Positions 11,700-25,367 of a stretch of 64,000 nt of DNA are shown here, in pieces. The stretch is from positions 53,134,001 to 53,198,000 of the forward strand of contig NW_027361688.1 in assembly GCF_039654945.1 (NCBI RefSeq), read 5' to 3'. Origin of the DNA: Dendrobates tinctorius. Taxonomy: Eukaryota. Position numbers and translations under genes: made by a program. Position 1 is the first letter of the stretch, and each line of letters opens with the position of its first letter. The notes beneath the pieces were generated by a model that saw nothing but the letters and a program-made list of their open reading frames with translations, searched no databases and was not told the origin of the DNA.

Positions 11700-12015
11700 A
11701 AAAAGACTGGAAAATTACTTATTCCTTCCAAAGACCAAACTAAGGACCAGGGGGCACTCATTACAGGTGAAATAAAGGTGATTCCAACAACTAAATAGGA
11801 AAGGGTTCTTTACAGTTAGAGCAGTCAGACTGCGGAATGCCCGACCACAAGAGGTAGAAATGGCCAATACTGTAACAGCCTTTAAAAAAGGGCTGCATGA
11901 TTTCCTCAGTACACATAACATTGTGGCTTATAGTTAAATTAGTGACAAAATGAACAACTGGTGGAGAAAGGATAAACTTGTTGGTCCTAGGTCTTTTTTC
12001 AACCTATGTAACTAT
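11700..12015 (+). mobile_element. CR1 LINE 3' fragment (CTATGTAA-type tail)
   Basis: TRGH.L / RKGFFTVRAVRL.N-like coding remnant, ending TTTTTTCAACCTATGTAACTAT. Confidence 0.7.
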
Positions 12016-12394
12016 ATATGTATAATACAATACTAACATTATGTGGAAACAGATTATCACATGGTGCCTTTTAGCTACATACTGTAAAATAACAAGAGAA
12101 TATTATATTTAGCTGTCAGTGCATGCTGAGATCTAGAGTATGGTACATGTGAGATGTCAAGCATGCAACATGGAGAATTTGCTTAGCAGAACATTCTCTT
12201 TGTATAACTATAAAATAGAAATAAGATCATTAAAGGTATTGATCACTCATATAAATGTTACTGTACATGGATCCAGTCACAAAATATCAGAAGAATAGAA
12301 AGCAAAGTACCAGTCGGGGTATTACCCAAGCATTTTCAGCAAACAGTATGGGATAGAAAACAGGGAAATAGCCACATAAACTTCAACATCTCAC

Positions 12395-14839
12395 CTGATT
12401 AGCTTCATTTAACCAATTTGAGTTAGAAGAAGGATTTGTATGTTCAACCATACCAGTTACACGTTGATCATCTAGTGATCGAGTCAAAGAAAAATTAGGA
12501 ATATCTGTAGTCGGAGGGAAACAAACTGGATAACAAGACCCCGGAGCCTCTGGTGGAGCCATCCGCACCTCCATGTACTTCAGGGTCCCATCAGTGTTCA
12601 GGTAAAGGGTTGGCTTGTACTGATCCATGTAGGATGTAGAAAGGGATTTGTCGGTGAAGCAGAATCCACACCCAGAATCATAATTCTTTCTGAGGCACCG
12701 GACAAGTAATATAGAAAATGTGACCAGAAAAACTGCACTGATGGCCACAAGGGAGACAATTAGATACAGAGTCAGGTCTGGAGCAGATTTGGCATTAGTA
12801 AGAAAATCTTGAGATTTAGGACTTTCCTGAGCAACAGAGTCTAATATATTCACAATGATGGTGGCTGTAGTGGTCATAGAGGGTTCTCCATGGTCACTGA
12901 TGGCAATCACAAGTCGCTGTTCGGTGTTATCCGTCTCATGTAAACCTCGGAGAGTCCTGACCTCTCCTGTGTATTCAGAGATGTGGAATAAAGCAGGACT
13001 GGCAGACTGAACAAGACTATAGAGGAGCCAGGCATTGTGCCCAGAATCCACATCCACGGCAGACACCTTACTGACTAAATACCCAGCAGCTGCAGATCTC
13101 GGGATGGTCTCCTGAGCAATGGTCTCCGCTGTGTTCTCCGGGTATAAGATAGTGGGAGGGTTGTCATTTGTATCCAGAAAAAATATGAAGACGGAAACAT
13201 TGGAGGATAATTTTGGAGATCCAGAATCTTCCACTCTCGCTGTGATCTGCAGAACCTGGAATTGTTCATAGTCAAAAGACCTTTGTGCATAAATATTCCC
13301 GGAGTCAGAGTTAATATAAACGAAGGAAGAGACGGGAGAACCGTGGATGTGGCTCTCAGTGATGGAGTAAATGAGGTTTGCATTAGCTCCCTCATCTGGA
13401 TCTACAGCAGATACCGTACATAACAGTCTGCCGGCCTCATTGTTTTCTGGTGTGAAGGCATTGTACACATTGTGCAGAAATGCTGGAGGATTATCATTAA
13501 CATCAGAGATATTAAGGCTGATTGTAATCTGACTGCTGAGAGACGGAGACCCCAGATCTGATGCCTTCAGTATAATGGTATATTGTGAGCGCTTCTCCCT
13601 GTCCAGATGTCCACTAGTGACCAGAGCGTAACGCTGTGACATGGGCTGGATTTTAAAAAGTAAATTTGGTGACACATCCATTTTGATTTCACCATTATTA
13701 CCAGAATCTCTATCTCTGACTGTGATGAATCCAACCACTGTTCCTATGGGGGCATTCTCAGGAACCGCAGTATTTTTAGATATAAAATTAATTTCTGGAT
13801 TGTTATCATTGACATCTTCTATTTCCACCTGAACAACACATCGCCCCTCTAATTTGGGAGAACCGTTGTCTGCTGCTGTGACAGACAATTCAAAAAGCTT
13901 TGATCCCTCAAAATCTACATCCCCTTTAATAAATATTTCTCCAGTCTGTGGGATTAAATTGAATATCTGTTTGGCCGAATTTAAAGTATGGTGATCAAAC
14001 GAATATAATATTTCTCCATTTGGTCCCTCATCTAAATCTGTAGCATTCAACTTTATAACAATTGTTTTTAACGGAATATTTTCGAATAATTTTATTTTAT
14101 AATGTGACTGATCAAACACTGGAGGATTATCATTAATGTCTAAAACACGAACAGTTATCAGCGTAGATCCTGATCTGGCTGGATCTCCCCCATCTATAGC
14201 AGTGAGAATAAGCTGGTGCTCTGCTTTCTCCTCTCTATCAAGACTTTTTTCCAACACTAATTCAGCAATGAGGGTCCCAGCCTTACGGCTTGTAACAGAC
14301 AATGAAAAATATGGATTTGGAATTAATGTATACCGAGTGACACCATTAAGCCCAACATCTAAATCCTGTGCAATCTCTAAAGGAAAATGCACACCTGGAG
14401 TTGTTAATAGCTCAGTAATATTAACTACTTGATCTTTGTTGGAAAATATTGGAGAATTATCATTAATATCCAGAACGTCTATCTCCAGACTGTGCAGCTC
14501 CAGAGGATCCTCAGCCACAGCCTCTAAATGCAGCACACAGCTCAGGCTGGATCCACACAGGCTCTCCCTATCAATCCTCTCATCTACCACCAGAGCTCCA
14601 TTCTTCTGCTCTATAGAGAATAATCTGCTGTTTCCTTCTGATCCCAAACTCAGTCTCCTTCTCCTGATATCAGCCAGATTCACCCCCAGATCCTGAGCCA
14701 CGTTCCCCACCACAGTCCCCGGATGAGACTCCTCAGCCACAGAATAACGCAGCTGCCCAGAGACCCAGCCCCAGCTACAAAGGAGAAGGGAGAAAGCTAC
14801 TTGCCATTTCCAAGCCTTCACAAAGCTCTGATTGTCCAT
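12395..14839 (-). CDS. PCDHGC5-like: Protocadherin gamma C5-like variable exon #2
   Basis: ORF 12383..14839, same architecture; donor CAG|GTGAGA at 12395/12394. Confidence 0.93.
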
Positions 14840-15120
14840 ATCTTAAATCCTTCTACTAAAATGTGTAGAGAATAATCATCATCCCATCAATCCAAGTGTG
14901 TGAGCAGCAAAAATATAAATCCTAGGAACGGGAAAATCCTGGTTTTCCTGCATTGAAATCATCCGCAGGGCTCTCATCGGAGCAGCAGCTCTTCTTTGTG
15001 TGAGAGACGATGGGAGGGTGAATCACTGAGCCAGGGGGAGGAGAGCGCAGGGCTGATATGACTGGGTCTAAATCAGTATAGAATCTTTACTGGATGACAA
15101 GACTGCCCTCTCCTGGTCAA
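14840..15120 (-). promoter_or_regulatory. Promoter/5'UTR of exon #2; CTCF-like motif 15103-15116
   Basis: Shared 220-bp block; minus-strand CCAGGAGAGGGCAG. Confidence 0.7.
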
Positions 15121-16087
15121 TGCTAATAAATACAGTTTGTAATCATTGCCTTGTAAAATGATTTGTTCATATTTTAGAGGTTTTTCTTTTTTTTTGTGAT
15201 TTTAGCAATTATTTTATAAAAGTGGGTACACCATTATCTGCAACAACTCTCACAGTCAAACAATAAAATACGTAGAAAAAAGTAAAAATTCTTGAAAACG
15301 AAAACATAAACCTTCCATAGAAAATGGTAATACATAATACCATATTTTATTTCCAGTTGTATATTAGTTATAAACAGTGCTCAGATTTGCTGAAACTGAA
15401 TATTTAGTAAATGGTCATGAGTGGAAGAGAGTATGCACTGATTGAGCCTTTAATCTTGGAAAGTGATTAAAGAGTTCATTTCAGAATGGAAATATTAAAA
15501 GGAGAGTTATAAACAAAAAAAATGATTTTCATTTTAGGAACTTAACCACCCTTTCGCCCAGAAATAAAGAAAAACCGACACCAAATAATATCGGATTGTA
15601 AGTTCACTGTTTGGATTAGTATTACTTGGTAAGTAACTCCAAATGCATCACATATATGAAACATTTTCCATTTAGACGCATTGTCAGATCACCTTCCATA
15701 ATAATATTTTGTCATACTGTATAATAAACTAGGGCGCACACAGGTATATAGATGATTTCTCTACCACATGGTAAATACGGTATCTTCATTACTGTAATCA
15801 AAATAGATTGTCATGTGCAAAAAGACATAACATTTTAGAAGTATGAGGGCTTTTACAATGTAGTCAGGTAGGAACTAAGGCAAATATTCCTGAGAAGCCT
15901 CAAAGAGTCGTGGGCTCACAGACAGGAAAGGTCGTGAGCCCAAAAACTAAGGTTTTAGTCTAACTTCGAGCACCAGTGTTTTTTTCTCCTTAATGTAAAG
16001 TGAAAGGTTAATCCAGCAGCAATTAAAAGTTACAAATTTGCTTTTATTTTTAAAAACAGAAATTCCGTTCTTGCATTGAATGTTTTT

Positions 16088-18405
16088 TTCGTATACATTT
16101 TTTTATTGAATAAATTTTTCGCAATAACAAAATATAACAACGAAAAAAGAAAAAAACGTTATATTCACTACAAATCTAATGCAGGTTCAGTATTCTGTAA
16201 AATGATGACATCACAGATATCATTTTCCATTGTTTCCATACAGAAAATTAAAGGATGTCTCAAACACAGAAGCAATAAAGCTAACAAAGCAGTGCATAAT
16301 TTCCTTTCTCAGAACCGTATAAAAACAAAAAAGAAAGATAAGGAGGAGGGGATGGGGGTGTAGGGGAAACTCATCCCACCTGCCTCTAAAGACCAAATCA
16401 CACACTCAGTATGACTCACCCCTCTTCAGCCGATATCCAACCCTATTTGGCCGGGGCAGCTTTAGTTCTCTAATCGAATAACTCCCAAATCATTTTTAAG
16501 GTTTTCTGTTAAGTACCATCTCGTTGAGGAGAAAGGTTCAACTATCTTTTGTCTCTCTTCAGCATTACAAAATTTACCAATAAATTGTTTCCATTTTAAT
16601 AAAAATTTCCCTGCTTTTGTCTCTTTTCTTCATAAGTGCATCTCATTGCTCTACCACCATAAAGTGATGCAATTGGGCCATCAAGTCAGATAACAAAGTG
16701 GTAGAAGGACTAAGCCAGTGCTTGAGGATCAACTTTCTAGCTAAGATTAGAATGGTATGCAAAAGTTTTGGAGGGCCCCCGTATCCACAACCCCCACCTC
16801 CCCAAATCTTCCCAGGAGTGAGATCGCCAATGTTAACGTCAGCGGTGTTATGTTACTCCACAATTTGCCTAACAAACTCGAAATTGATACCCAGTATGAG
16901 GCAATAGATTTACATGACCATAATCCATGCATCAGGTCCGATCTAGGAAGCTGACTCCTGGGGCATGCAACAAGATTATCAGAGCTATGATCCAATCTAT
17001 GAATATTAAAAGCGTATATAGCTCCATCCATAATTTTGAATTGAGTCTCCCTCCAAGACTCATTAATTATGTGTTTCCGGAAAAGAAACCAACCATTTCC
17101 TGATCCTGGAAAGTGCCTCAACATTATCCAAATGTAGATTCCAATATTTTTAAAAAGTATCTGGGTAAGGACTCAACAAATCCGGATTCATTATAGAGTT
17201 GATTGTGGAGATCGAAGGGTTCCCCATAGGATGCTGGAGTAACTCATCCAGGACGTTGCGATTCGCTTCACATCTGACATCCTGTAAATTTGTCATGATC
17301 GAAAGCCTAATCTGTAGGTATTGAAAACAATGTGAGGATTTCAGTGGATGCTTTTCAAGCAATTCAGAGCACGTCAACCATCTAAGTTCTGACAGTGGAG
17401 GAGGTGAGAGACATTAGAAATATTTTTCTGTCACCAGGTAATGAATAGTTTGTTCTCCATACCTTGAGGGAATTCGGGGTTTGCCCATAGTTTTAGATAT
17501 TTAGAGATTCTATGAGGGAGGTTATATTTCTTCCTCACCGCCTTCCATGTTGAAATCGTATCTCTGAATAAAGCTGATTTTTTAAAATAAGGAGGGAGAG
17601 AGGAGAGATGAGAGTGAAAAATTGCAGCTATATCAAATACCCGCTTGGGAAGGGGATATGATTTCAGGAAGAATCACCGCCAATCTGTCCGCCATTATTT
17701 TTGAGATTAGTTTAATATCTGTGTTGATTAACAAAATAGGTCCATAAGAGGACGGGTGCGTAGGGTCTTTACCAGGCTTCAAGATTAGTTTGAAATTTGC
17801 CCTATTGGCTGAGGGGAACAAGGGATCGCCATTTAGAATTTTATTAGTCAATTGTTCCATGATTGGTATGATCTCCAGGTGAGAAGTTTAAAAAATTCGG
17901 CAATATAGCTGTCGGGTCTGGGGGCCTTATAGTTTTTTGATTTATTAATAACAGAGATTATCTCCTCTCTGGAGATTGGTTTATTAAGAAACAATTTTTG
18001 CTCCTTTGAGAACAATGGCATGGCTACCTTATACAGTAGTGTATGATAGGTCATGTTTGGGGTATTGGGCTCACTGTGAAGTGCTCCATAGTATGATCCA
18101 AGGATATTGTTGATCATCAGGGGGTCAGATTGGATTGTTCCTGAAGGATCTTTTAGCTGGTAAATCTTTTGTTGTGGTCTGATCCCCATGGTCAGATTAG
18201 CCAACACCCTACCGGCTTTGTTTCCAAGTCTATAAAAAAAAATCTCTCTTTGAGATAAGAACAATTTCTCCCTCATCTCCCCCTGGTGGCTTAATTCTGC
18301 CACCAATGCTCCTTGTTTGTTGTAGATGGATCCGTAAGAAAGGATGTATAAGCCAATATGAGCTCTGCCTTTAACTCCCTGTATCGTTTCAAAATGCGCT
18401 TCCTG
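16088..18405 (-). mobile_element. Decayed L1/Tx1 LINE, 5'-truncated with an internal RT deletion
   Basis: ORF2 remnants (GNKAGRVLANL, LILKPGKDP...YGPILLINTDIK); 17-bp TSD TTGCATTGAATGTTTTT at 16071-16087 and 18406-18422. Confidence 0.85.
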
Positions 18406-18852
18406 TTGCATTGAATGTTTTTATAAAATTAGTTCACTCCTATGGTATCATCCCCTCTGATGTGTTTCGTGCTGCTAAGACCACATAATCATAGGTAGGG
18501 AGGCAATGTTTTCTGCTAGACCGATGTAGAATTAATCAATTAGTAAAAAAATGAAGCAGAGTGCGGTAATTTTTCTCCTAGTAGCTAAATAATATAAACT
18601 TCAGCAGACAATGTAAAACAATCAAAATTCTCAGACACGATTGGCAAATGTCTAGACTTATCAGCCATCCAAACCCTGGAATTACACCATCTCTACCTTT
18701 GCACCCATTCTAGTTATTATACATTTCACCGCAGTAATGTACATTTTTGTTGACTTTACCTTACACATTTAGCTTCTTCGAAAGGCGCTGCTCTTAAATT
18801 TTAATGAGTATTACATTTACTAGAGGTTATTGGCCTATTTTGTCCATGTCAC

Positions 18853-19874
18853 TGGATCACCCGCCAGGGCAGTGGGGTACTCGGTACTGGGCCGGTATCT
18901 CAGAGGGAAGTGTCACAGTAGCAGTGACCCAGTCCGTGGCCCTGGGCATCCATGTAAAAGGGGTTGAGCATTGCTGATTAAAGTTTATAAGTGGATGATA
19001 GGTGATGCCACCTGTGGTGATCGGCAATGAAGGGGTTAAGCCGACGATGCAGGCAGCTCCTCTGGGACAGATGGTATAAGGCAGCAAGTTGTAATAGCTC
19101 CTCACAGGTGGAGCTGTGGTCCCAGGGCAGTGGTAATAGGTGTTGAGGAAGAGGGTGTAGTGTCTGGCGCAGAGATGTAGCAGTGCTGGAGGGTTTGCAG
19201 GAAGAAGGCAATGACACAACAGGGTGCACTTTCCGTTGCCTTTACTGTGCTTTGTAAGTGCAGTCCAGGGTCCAGATTACAGATGGAACAGAGGCTGGTC
19301 AGCTTGGAAGCAACTTAGGAATCTCTCTATGCAGATGGGTTGTGTAGTCTCCTTTCTAGCGCTTTCTGGGGTACTTGTAGTACTGTGTTACACTGAAGTT
19401 CCACTTGCTTATTCTCTTTTAGAACTCCCTCGTATGGCAGACAGCTGTAGACTCCTTCTGGCTCACATGTTGCTGTTGTGCCTCTGAGTCTTATGTGGGA
19501 ACAGAGCATTTACAGCTTCCTATTCCTCTGGTTTCTGCTGCAGGAACATCAGTATCCATACAACCTTGGAGACCTGACTCCAGACCATGCGCTACAGCTA
19601 GAAGTGAGCCTGAACTCTGCTCAATCCTCCAGCTCGTCTCCTCACATCCACACACTTTTCCCTCCTCACACGAACTAATTTCCCCTTACTGGCCCCCAGA
19701 GAGCAGCTCTTCCCCCAGTTTTGGTGCAGAGCTCCCTCTGCTGGCCTGGAGTGGGAACTGTGCTGTGTGTTGTATTTAACTGATAGAGACCTTTCATTGC
19801 TTCCAGGCATGACATCACACTCCCTAGGAGGAAGGTAATGCCACTGTGGCGACCATACTCCTGGGGGCGCCACA
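18853..19874 (-). mobile_element. Probable solo LTR (Gypsy-type)
   Basis: Minus strand TGTGGCGCCCC...GGGTGATCCA; degenerate 4-bp TSD (TCAC/TAAC here, TATC/TAAC in the duplicate). Confidence 0.55.
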
Positions 19875-20202
19875 TAACCTCAGGCACTGACTGAGTTTAT
19901 CCACTTAAGCATTGCCTACAAGTGTAAGTACTTTAAGGCTAAATAATTATACTGTAGTTTCTCATGATTTATGTTACTAGGGTTTACGTATCAAAATAGT
20001 TTAAAAGAAAATCCCACATTTTTCCTGATAGCAACCAGTGAGAGTCCCGTTTTCTTTTTTTTTTTTTTTTTTTTTTTTTACACTTGTGGTAAAATGCAAA
20101 CTGTTCTGTAATTGGTTTCTATGGGCAACACTGGATTGTTTTTCTTTTACTCAGGTTTGATTAATTTGCCATTGTGCATATAGACAGCAGGACATATTAA
20201 TT

Positions 20203-20675
20203 TATTTTTCACTTTGTAAGATGCACTTTTTTCAAAATTTGGGAGAAAAATGGGGATGCATCTTAGAAAGTGTACATGCCTTACCGATACCGTAGGTGTA
20301 GGCCACAAGCTGGGATAAGGTGGTGTCTGGATGTCTCCGGGTGCCCGGCGGTTGCTGGCAGGTGCTGCAGGTTTCTCTGGTGCCCAGAGGTGCTGCATTA
20401 TTATCCGGCACTGCCCGGGGCTCTGCCAATATTTTGTGACAGGCCAGAGCCCAGGCACTTCCACGGTTCCAGCTCTGAGATCTCATCTCTCGAGAGCTTG
20501 GTCCCGAGATCACCATCTGCACATGCACCGCCCAAGGCGGCGGCCATATTCCTGGAGGCCACTGCACATGGAACTGTGGAAGTGCTCTGGCCTGTCGCAA
20601 AATGTCAGCAGAGCCCCGGGCAGCTCCGGACACCCATGCAGCACCGCTGGGCACCGGAGACACCCGCAGCACTTT
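20203..20675. mobile_element. pogo/Tc1-mariner-like MITE remnant with GC-rich internal inverted repeat (duplicate at ~29425-29895)
   Basis: TTTTTC(A/G)CTTTGTAAGATGCAC terminus-like sequence; inverted arms ~20360-20450 and ~20584-20671. Confidence 0.45.
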
Positions 20676-21682
20676 ACAAATCTACAGGTTGGGACATAGC
20701 TATTCAACCTTGATTGATACCGCTGCAATATATGGGCACTATGCATATATAAACTGTTTTGCTTTTGGTTGATATCTATTGGTAGCTTGAGCCATTATCA
20801 TAATTAACCTCTGCTATGGTGTTTTTACCACTACTGGTTTTGTGTTCTTGCTCACTGTTCCCTTTTTTCTTACCTAGTTGGGAGACTCCTTTGGAAATTG
20901 TATTTTAAACGTTATAAATAAATATTCAAATTTTTTATTTTATGTTTGCCTATGCCGCTTTATCCCCTGTTTCACTAGGGTTGGCGTATGAATTTATGGT
21001 TTTTACTGGTGTAGACATTTTGTTAGCATGACATCTAGATGGTTATCTTTCTTCACATAAAATCCTGAAGGTTATCTTGTAAATAATGCTGAGATTTATT
21101 ATATTCACAATTACAGTAAATGATTGAACACTATCTTATTAGACAGTGATATAGTCATCAGTTAAGTTGATTTCTCTGCATTTGCACATTATAAAATTAA
21201 TTACGTGATTTTGCTCCAATATACTGTAAGGTTGTAGAGCTCAACAAAGTTGGGAGCGCCCATATACTTACATCTAAGTCCTATGTGGGAGTTTTGTACT
21301 CTCCAGTTGCACACTCCCTATTTCCAAGGTTGAAAATGAGGAAGACTACATTGAGAAGACAATATATACTGTATCAGAGCCGCTCAATTCCAACTTGTAA
21401 ACTTTATGTAGACATAAATTGTCACATGCTGCCTCATATCTATCTATACCACAATTAGCATTATATTTACTGGTTTGTACTTGCAGTGATTTATGGTAAA
21501 AGTGAAATATAAATGACATAATGATAACCAGATCATAAGACTATTGAAGAATCCTGAAAATATTGAGGTATTATGAAGCCAAATACTTAAACATTATAAC
21601 AAAACTTAATATGTGCCGTCAACTAAGTGTATGAGATCACAATAAAAACTGTGGAATAAAGAAAAAAGGCTCAATATCTCAC

Positions 21683-24118
21683 CTGATTAGCTTCATTTAA
21701 ACCATTTGAGTTGGAGAAAAGATCTGTGTGTTCAACTATATCAGTTGCAATTGGATCATCTAGTGATCGAGTCAAAGTAAAACCTGGAATATCTGCAGGA
21801 GGGAAGCAAGCCGGGTAACAAGACCCCGGAGCCTCTGGTGGAGCCATCCGCACCTCCATGTACTTCAGGGTCCCATCTGTGTTCAGGTAAAGGGTTGGCT
21901 TGTACTGATCCATGTAGGATGTAGAAAGGGATTTGTCAGTGAAGCAGAATCCACACCCAGAATCATTATTCTTTCTATGGCACCGGACAAGTAATATAGA
22001 AAATGTGACCAGAAAAACTGCACTAATGGCCACAAGGGAGACGATAAGATACAGGGTCAGGTCTGGAGCAGATTTGGCATTTGTAAGAAAATCTTGAGAT
22101 TTAGGACTTTCCTGAGCAACAGAATCTAATATATTCACCATGATGGTGGCTGTAGTGGTCATAGAGGGTTGTCCATGGTCACTGACCGCAATCACAAGTC
22201 GCTGCTCCGTGTTATCCGTCTCATGTAAACCTCGGAGAGTCCTGACCTCTCCTGTGTATTCAGAGATGTGGAATAAAGCAGGACTGGCAGACTGAACAAG
22301 ACTATAGAGGAGCCAGGCATTGTGCCCAGAATCCACATCCACGGCAGACACCTTACTGACTAAATACCCAGCAGCTGCAGATCTCGGGATGGTCTCCTGA
22401 GCAATGGTCTCCACTGTGTTCTCCGGGTATAAGATAGTGGGAGGGTTGTCATTTGTATCCAGAATAAATATGAAGATGGAAACATTGGAGGATAATTTTG
22501 GAGATCCAGAATCTTCCACTCTCGCTGTGATCTGCAGAACCTGGAATTGTTCATAGTCAAAAGACCTTTGTGCGTAAATATTCCCAGTGTCGGAGTTAAT
22601 GTAGACGAATGAAGAGATGGGAGAACCGTGGATGTGGCTCTCAGCGATGGAGTAAATGAGGTTTGCATTAGCTCCCTCATCCGGATCTACAGCAGATACC
22701 GTACATAACAGTCTGCCGGCCTCATTGTTTTCTGGTGTGAAGGCATTGTACACATTGTGCAGAAATGCTGGAGGATTATCATTCACATCAGAGATATTAA
22801 GGCTGATTGTAATCTGGCTGCTGAGTGACGGAGACCCCAGATCTGATGCCGTCAGTATAACGGTATATTGTGAGCGCTTCTCCCTGTCCAGATGTCCACT
22901 AGTGACCAGAGCGTAACGCTGTGACATGGGCTGGATTTTGAAAGGTAAATTTGGTGACACATCCAGTCTAATTTCACCATTATTACCAGAATCCTTATCT
23001 CTGACTGTGATGAATCCAACCGCAATTCCTATGGGGGCATTCTCAGGAACCTCATTAGTCTTGGAGGTGAAAATAATTTCAGGGGTGTTATCATTTACAT
23101 CTTTTACTTCAATCTGGATAACACAATACCCCTCTAATCTAGATGAACCTTTGTCTGTTGCTTTGACATACAATTCATAAAAATCTGAATCTTCAAAATC
23201 CAATGTATCTGCAGTTATTATTTCATTAGTTTTTGAATTTATTTGAAATATCCTTTTTGCAGAATCCAAAGTATGGTGATCAAAGGAATATGAGATGTCG
23301 CCATTTGCACCTTCATCTAGATCTGTAGCATTTAATTGTATGATAACAGAGTTTAATGGAATATTTTCTAAAACGCTGATCCTATAACTGGGCTGATGAA
23401 ACACAGGAGCATTGTCATTAATGTCTAACACGTTTACAGTTATCTGTGTAGACCCTGATTTCGGAGGATCTCCCCCATCTATAGCAGTGAGAATAAGCTT
23501 ATGTTCAGCCTTTTCCTCCCTATCAAGGCTCTTTTCTAACACAAGCTCAGTAATGAGGGTCCCATCCTTACGATGCTTTGTAAGCAGAGAAAAATAGGGA
23601 TTGGGGTTTAATTTATATTGATTTATACCATTTTTACCCACATCTAAATCTGTTGCTGTTCCTAATTGAAACCTTACTCCAGGAATAGATTCTGTAATAT
23701 TTATAATTGTATTGATGCTAGAAAATATTGGAGAATTATCATTAATATCCAGAACGTCTATCTCCAGACTGTGCAGCTCCAGAGGATCCTCAGCCACAGC
23801 CTCTAAATGCAGCACACAGCTCAGGCTGGATCCACACAGGCTCTCCCTATCAATCCTCTCATCTACCACCAGAGCTCCATTCTTCTGCTCTATAGAGAAT
23901 AATCTGCTGTTTCCTTCTGATCCCAAACTCAGTCTCCTTCTCCTAATATCAGCCAGATTCACCCCCAGATCCTGAGCCACGTTCCCCACCACAGTCCCCG
24001 GATGAGACTCCTCAGCCACAGAATAACGCAGCTGCCCAGAGACCCAGCCCCAGCTACAAAGGAGAAGGGAGAAAGCTACTTGCCATTTCCAAGCCTTCAC
24101 AAAGCTCTGGTTGTCCAT
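21683..24118 (-). CDS. PCDHGC5-like: Protocadherin gamma C5-like variable exon #3 (probable chimera)
   Basis: ORF 21671..24118; donor CAG|GTGAGA at 21683/21682; nearly identical to exon #4. Confidence 0.93.
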
Positions 24119-24400
24119 ATCTTAAATCCTTCTTCTAAAATGTGTAGAGAATAATCATCATCCCATCAATCCAAGTGTGTGAGCAGCAAAAATATAAATC
24201 CTAGGAACGGGAAAATCCTGGTTTTCCTGCATTGAAATCATCCGCAGGGCTCTCATCGGAGCAGCAGCTCTTCTTTGTGTGAGAGACGATGGGAGGGTGA
24301 ATCACTGAGCCAGGGGGAGGAGAGCGCAGGGCTGATATGACTGGGTCTAAATCAGTATAGAATCTTTACTGGATGACAAGACTGCCCTCTCCTGGTCAAT
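24119..24400 (-). promoter_or_regulatory. Promoter/5'UTR of exon #3; CTCF-like motif 24382-24395
   Basis: Nearly identical to the exon #2 promoter, including the distal part; CCAGGAGAGGGCAG. Confidence 0.7.
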
Positions 24401-25367
24401 GCTAATAAATACAGTTTGTAATCATTGCCTTGTAAAATGATTTGTTCATATTTTAGAGGTTTTTCTTCTATTTTGTGATTTTAGCAATTATTTTATAAAA
24501 GTGGGTACGCCATTATCTGCAACAACTCTCAAAGTAAAACAATAAAATATGTAGAAAAAAGTGAAAATTCTTGAAAACAAAAACATAACCTTCCATAGAA
24601 AATGGTAATACATAATACCATATTTTACTTCCAGTTGTATATTAGTTATAAACAGTGCTCAGATGTGCTGAAACTGAATATTTAGTAAATGGTCATGAGT
24701 GGAAGAGAGTATGCACTGATTGAGCCTTTAATCTTGGAAAGTAATTAAAGAGTTCATTTCAGAATGGAAATATTAAAAAGAGAGTTATAAACAAAAAAAA
24801 TGATTTTCATTTTAGGAACTTAACCACCCTTTCGCCCAGAAATAAAGAAAAACCGACACCAAATAATATCAGATTGTAAGTTCACTGTTTGGATTAGTAT
24901 TACTTGGTAAGTAACTCCAAATGCATCACATATATGAAACATTTTCCATTTAGACGCATTGTCAGATCGCCTTCCATAATAATATTTTGTCATACTGTAT
25001 AATAAACTAGGGCGCACACAGGTATATAGATGATTTCTCTACCACATGGTAAATACGGTATCTTCATTACTGTAATCAAAATAGATCGTCATGTGCAAAA
25101 AGCCACATAACATTTTAGAAGTATGAGGGCTTTTACAATGTAGTCAGGTAGGAACTAAGGCAAATATTCCTGAGAAGCCTCAAAGAGTCGTGGGCTCACA
25201 GACAGGAAAGGTCGTGAGCCCAAAAACTAAGGTTTTAGTCTAACTTCAAGCACCAGTGTTTTTTTCTCCTTAATGTAAAGTGAAAGGTTAATCCAGCAGC
25301 AATTAAAAGTTACAAATTTGCTTTTATTTTTAAAAACAGAAATTCCGTTCTTGCATTGAATGTTTTT

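Larger units (their letters stand above)
15060..21682. repeat. Tandem segmental duplication, intergenic copy A
   Basis: Colinear, high-identity match to 24340-31258, including L1, solo LTR and MITE content. Confidence 0.92.
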
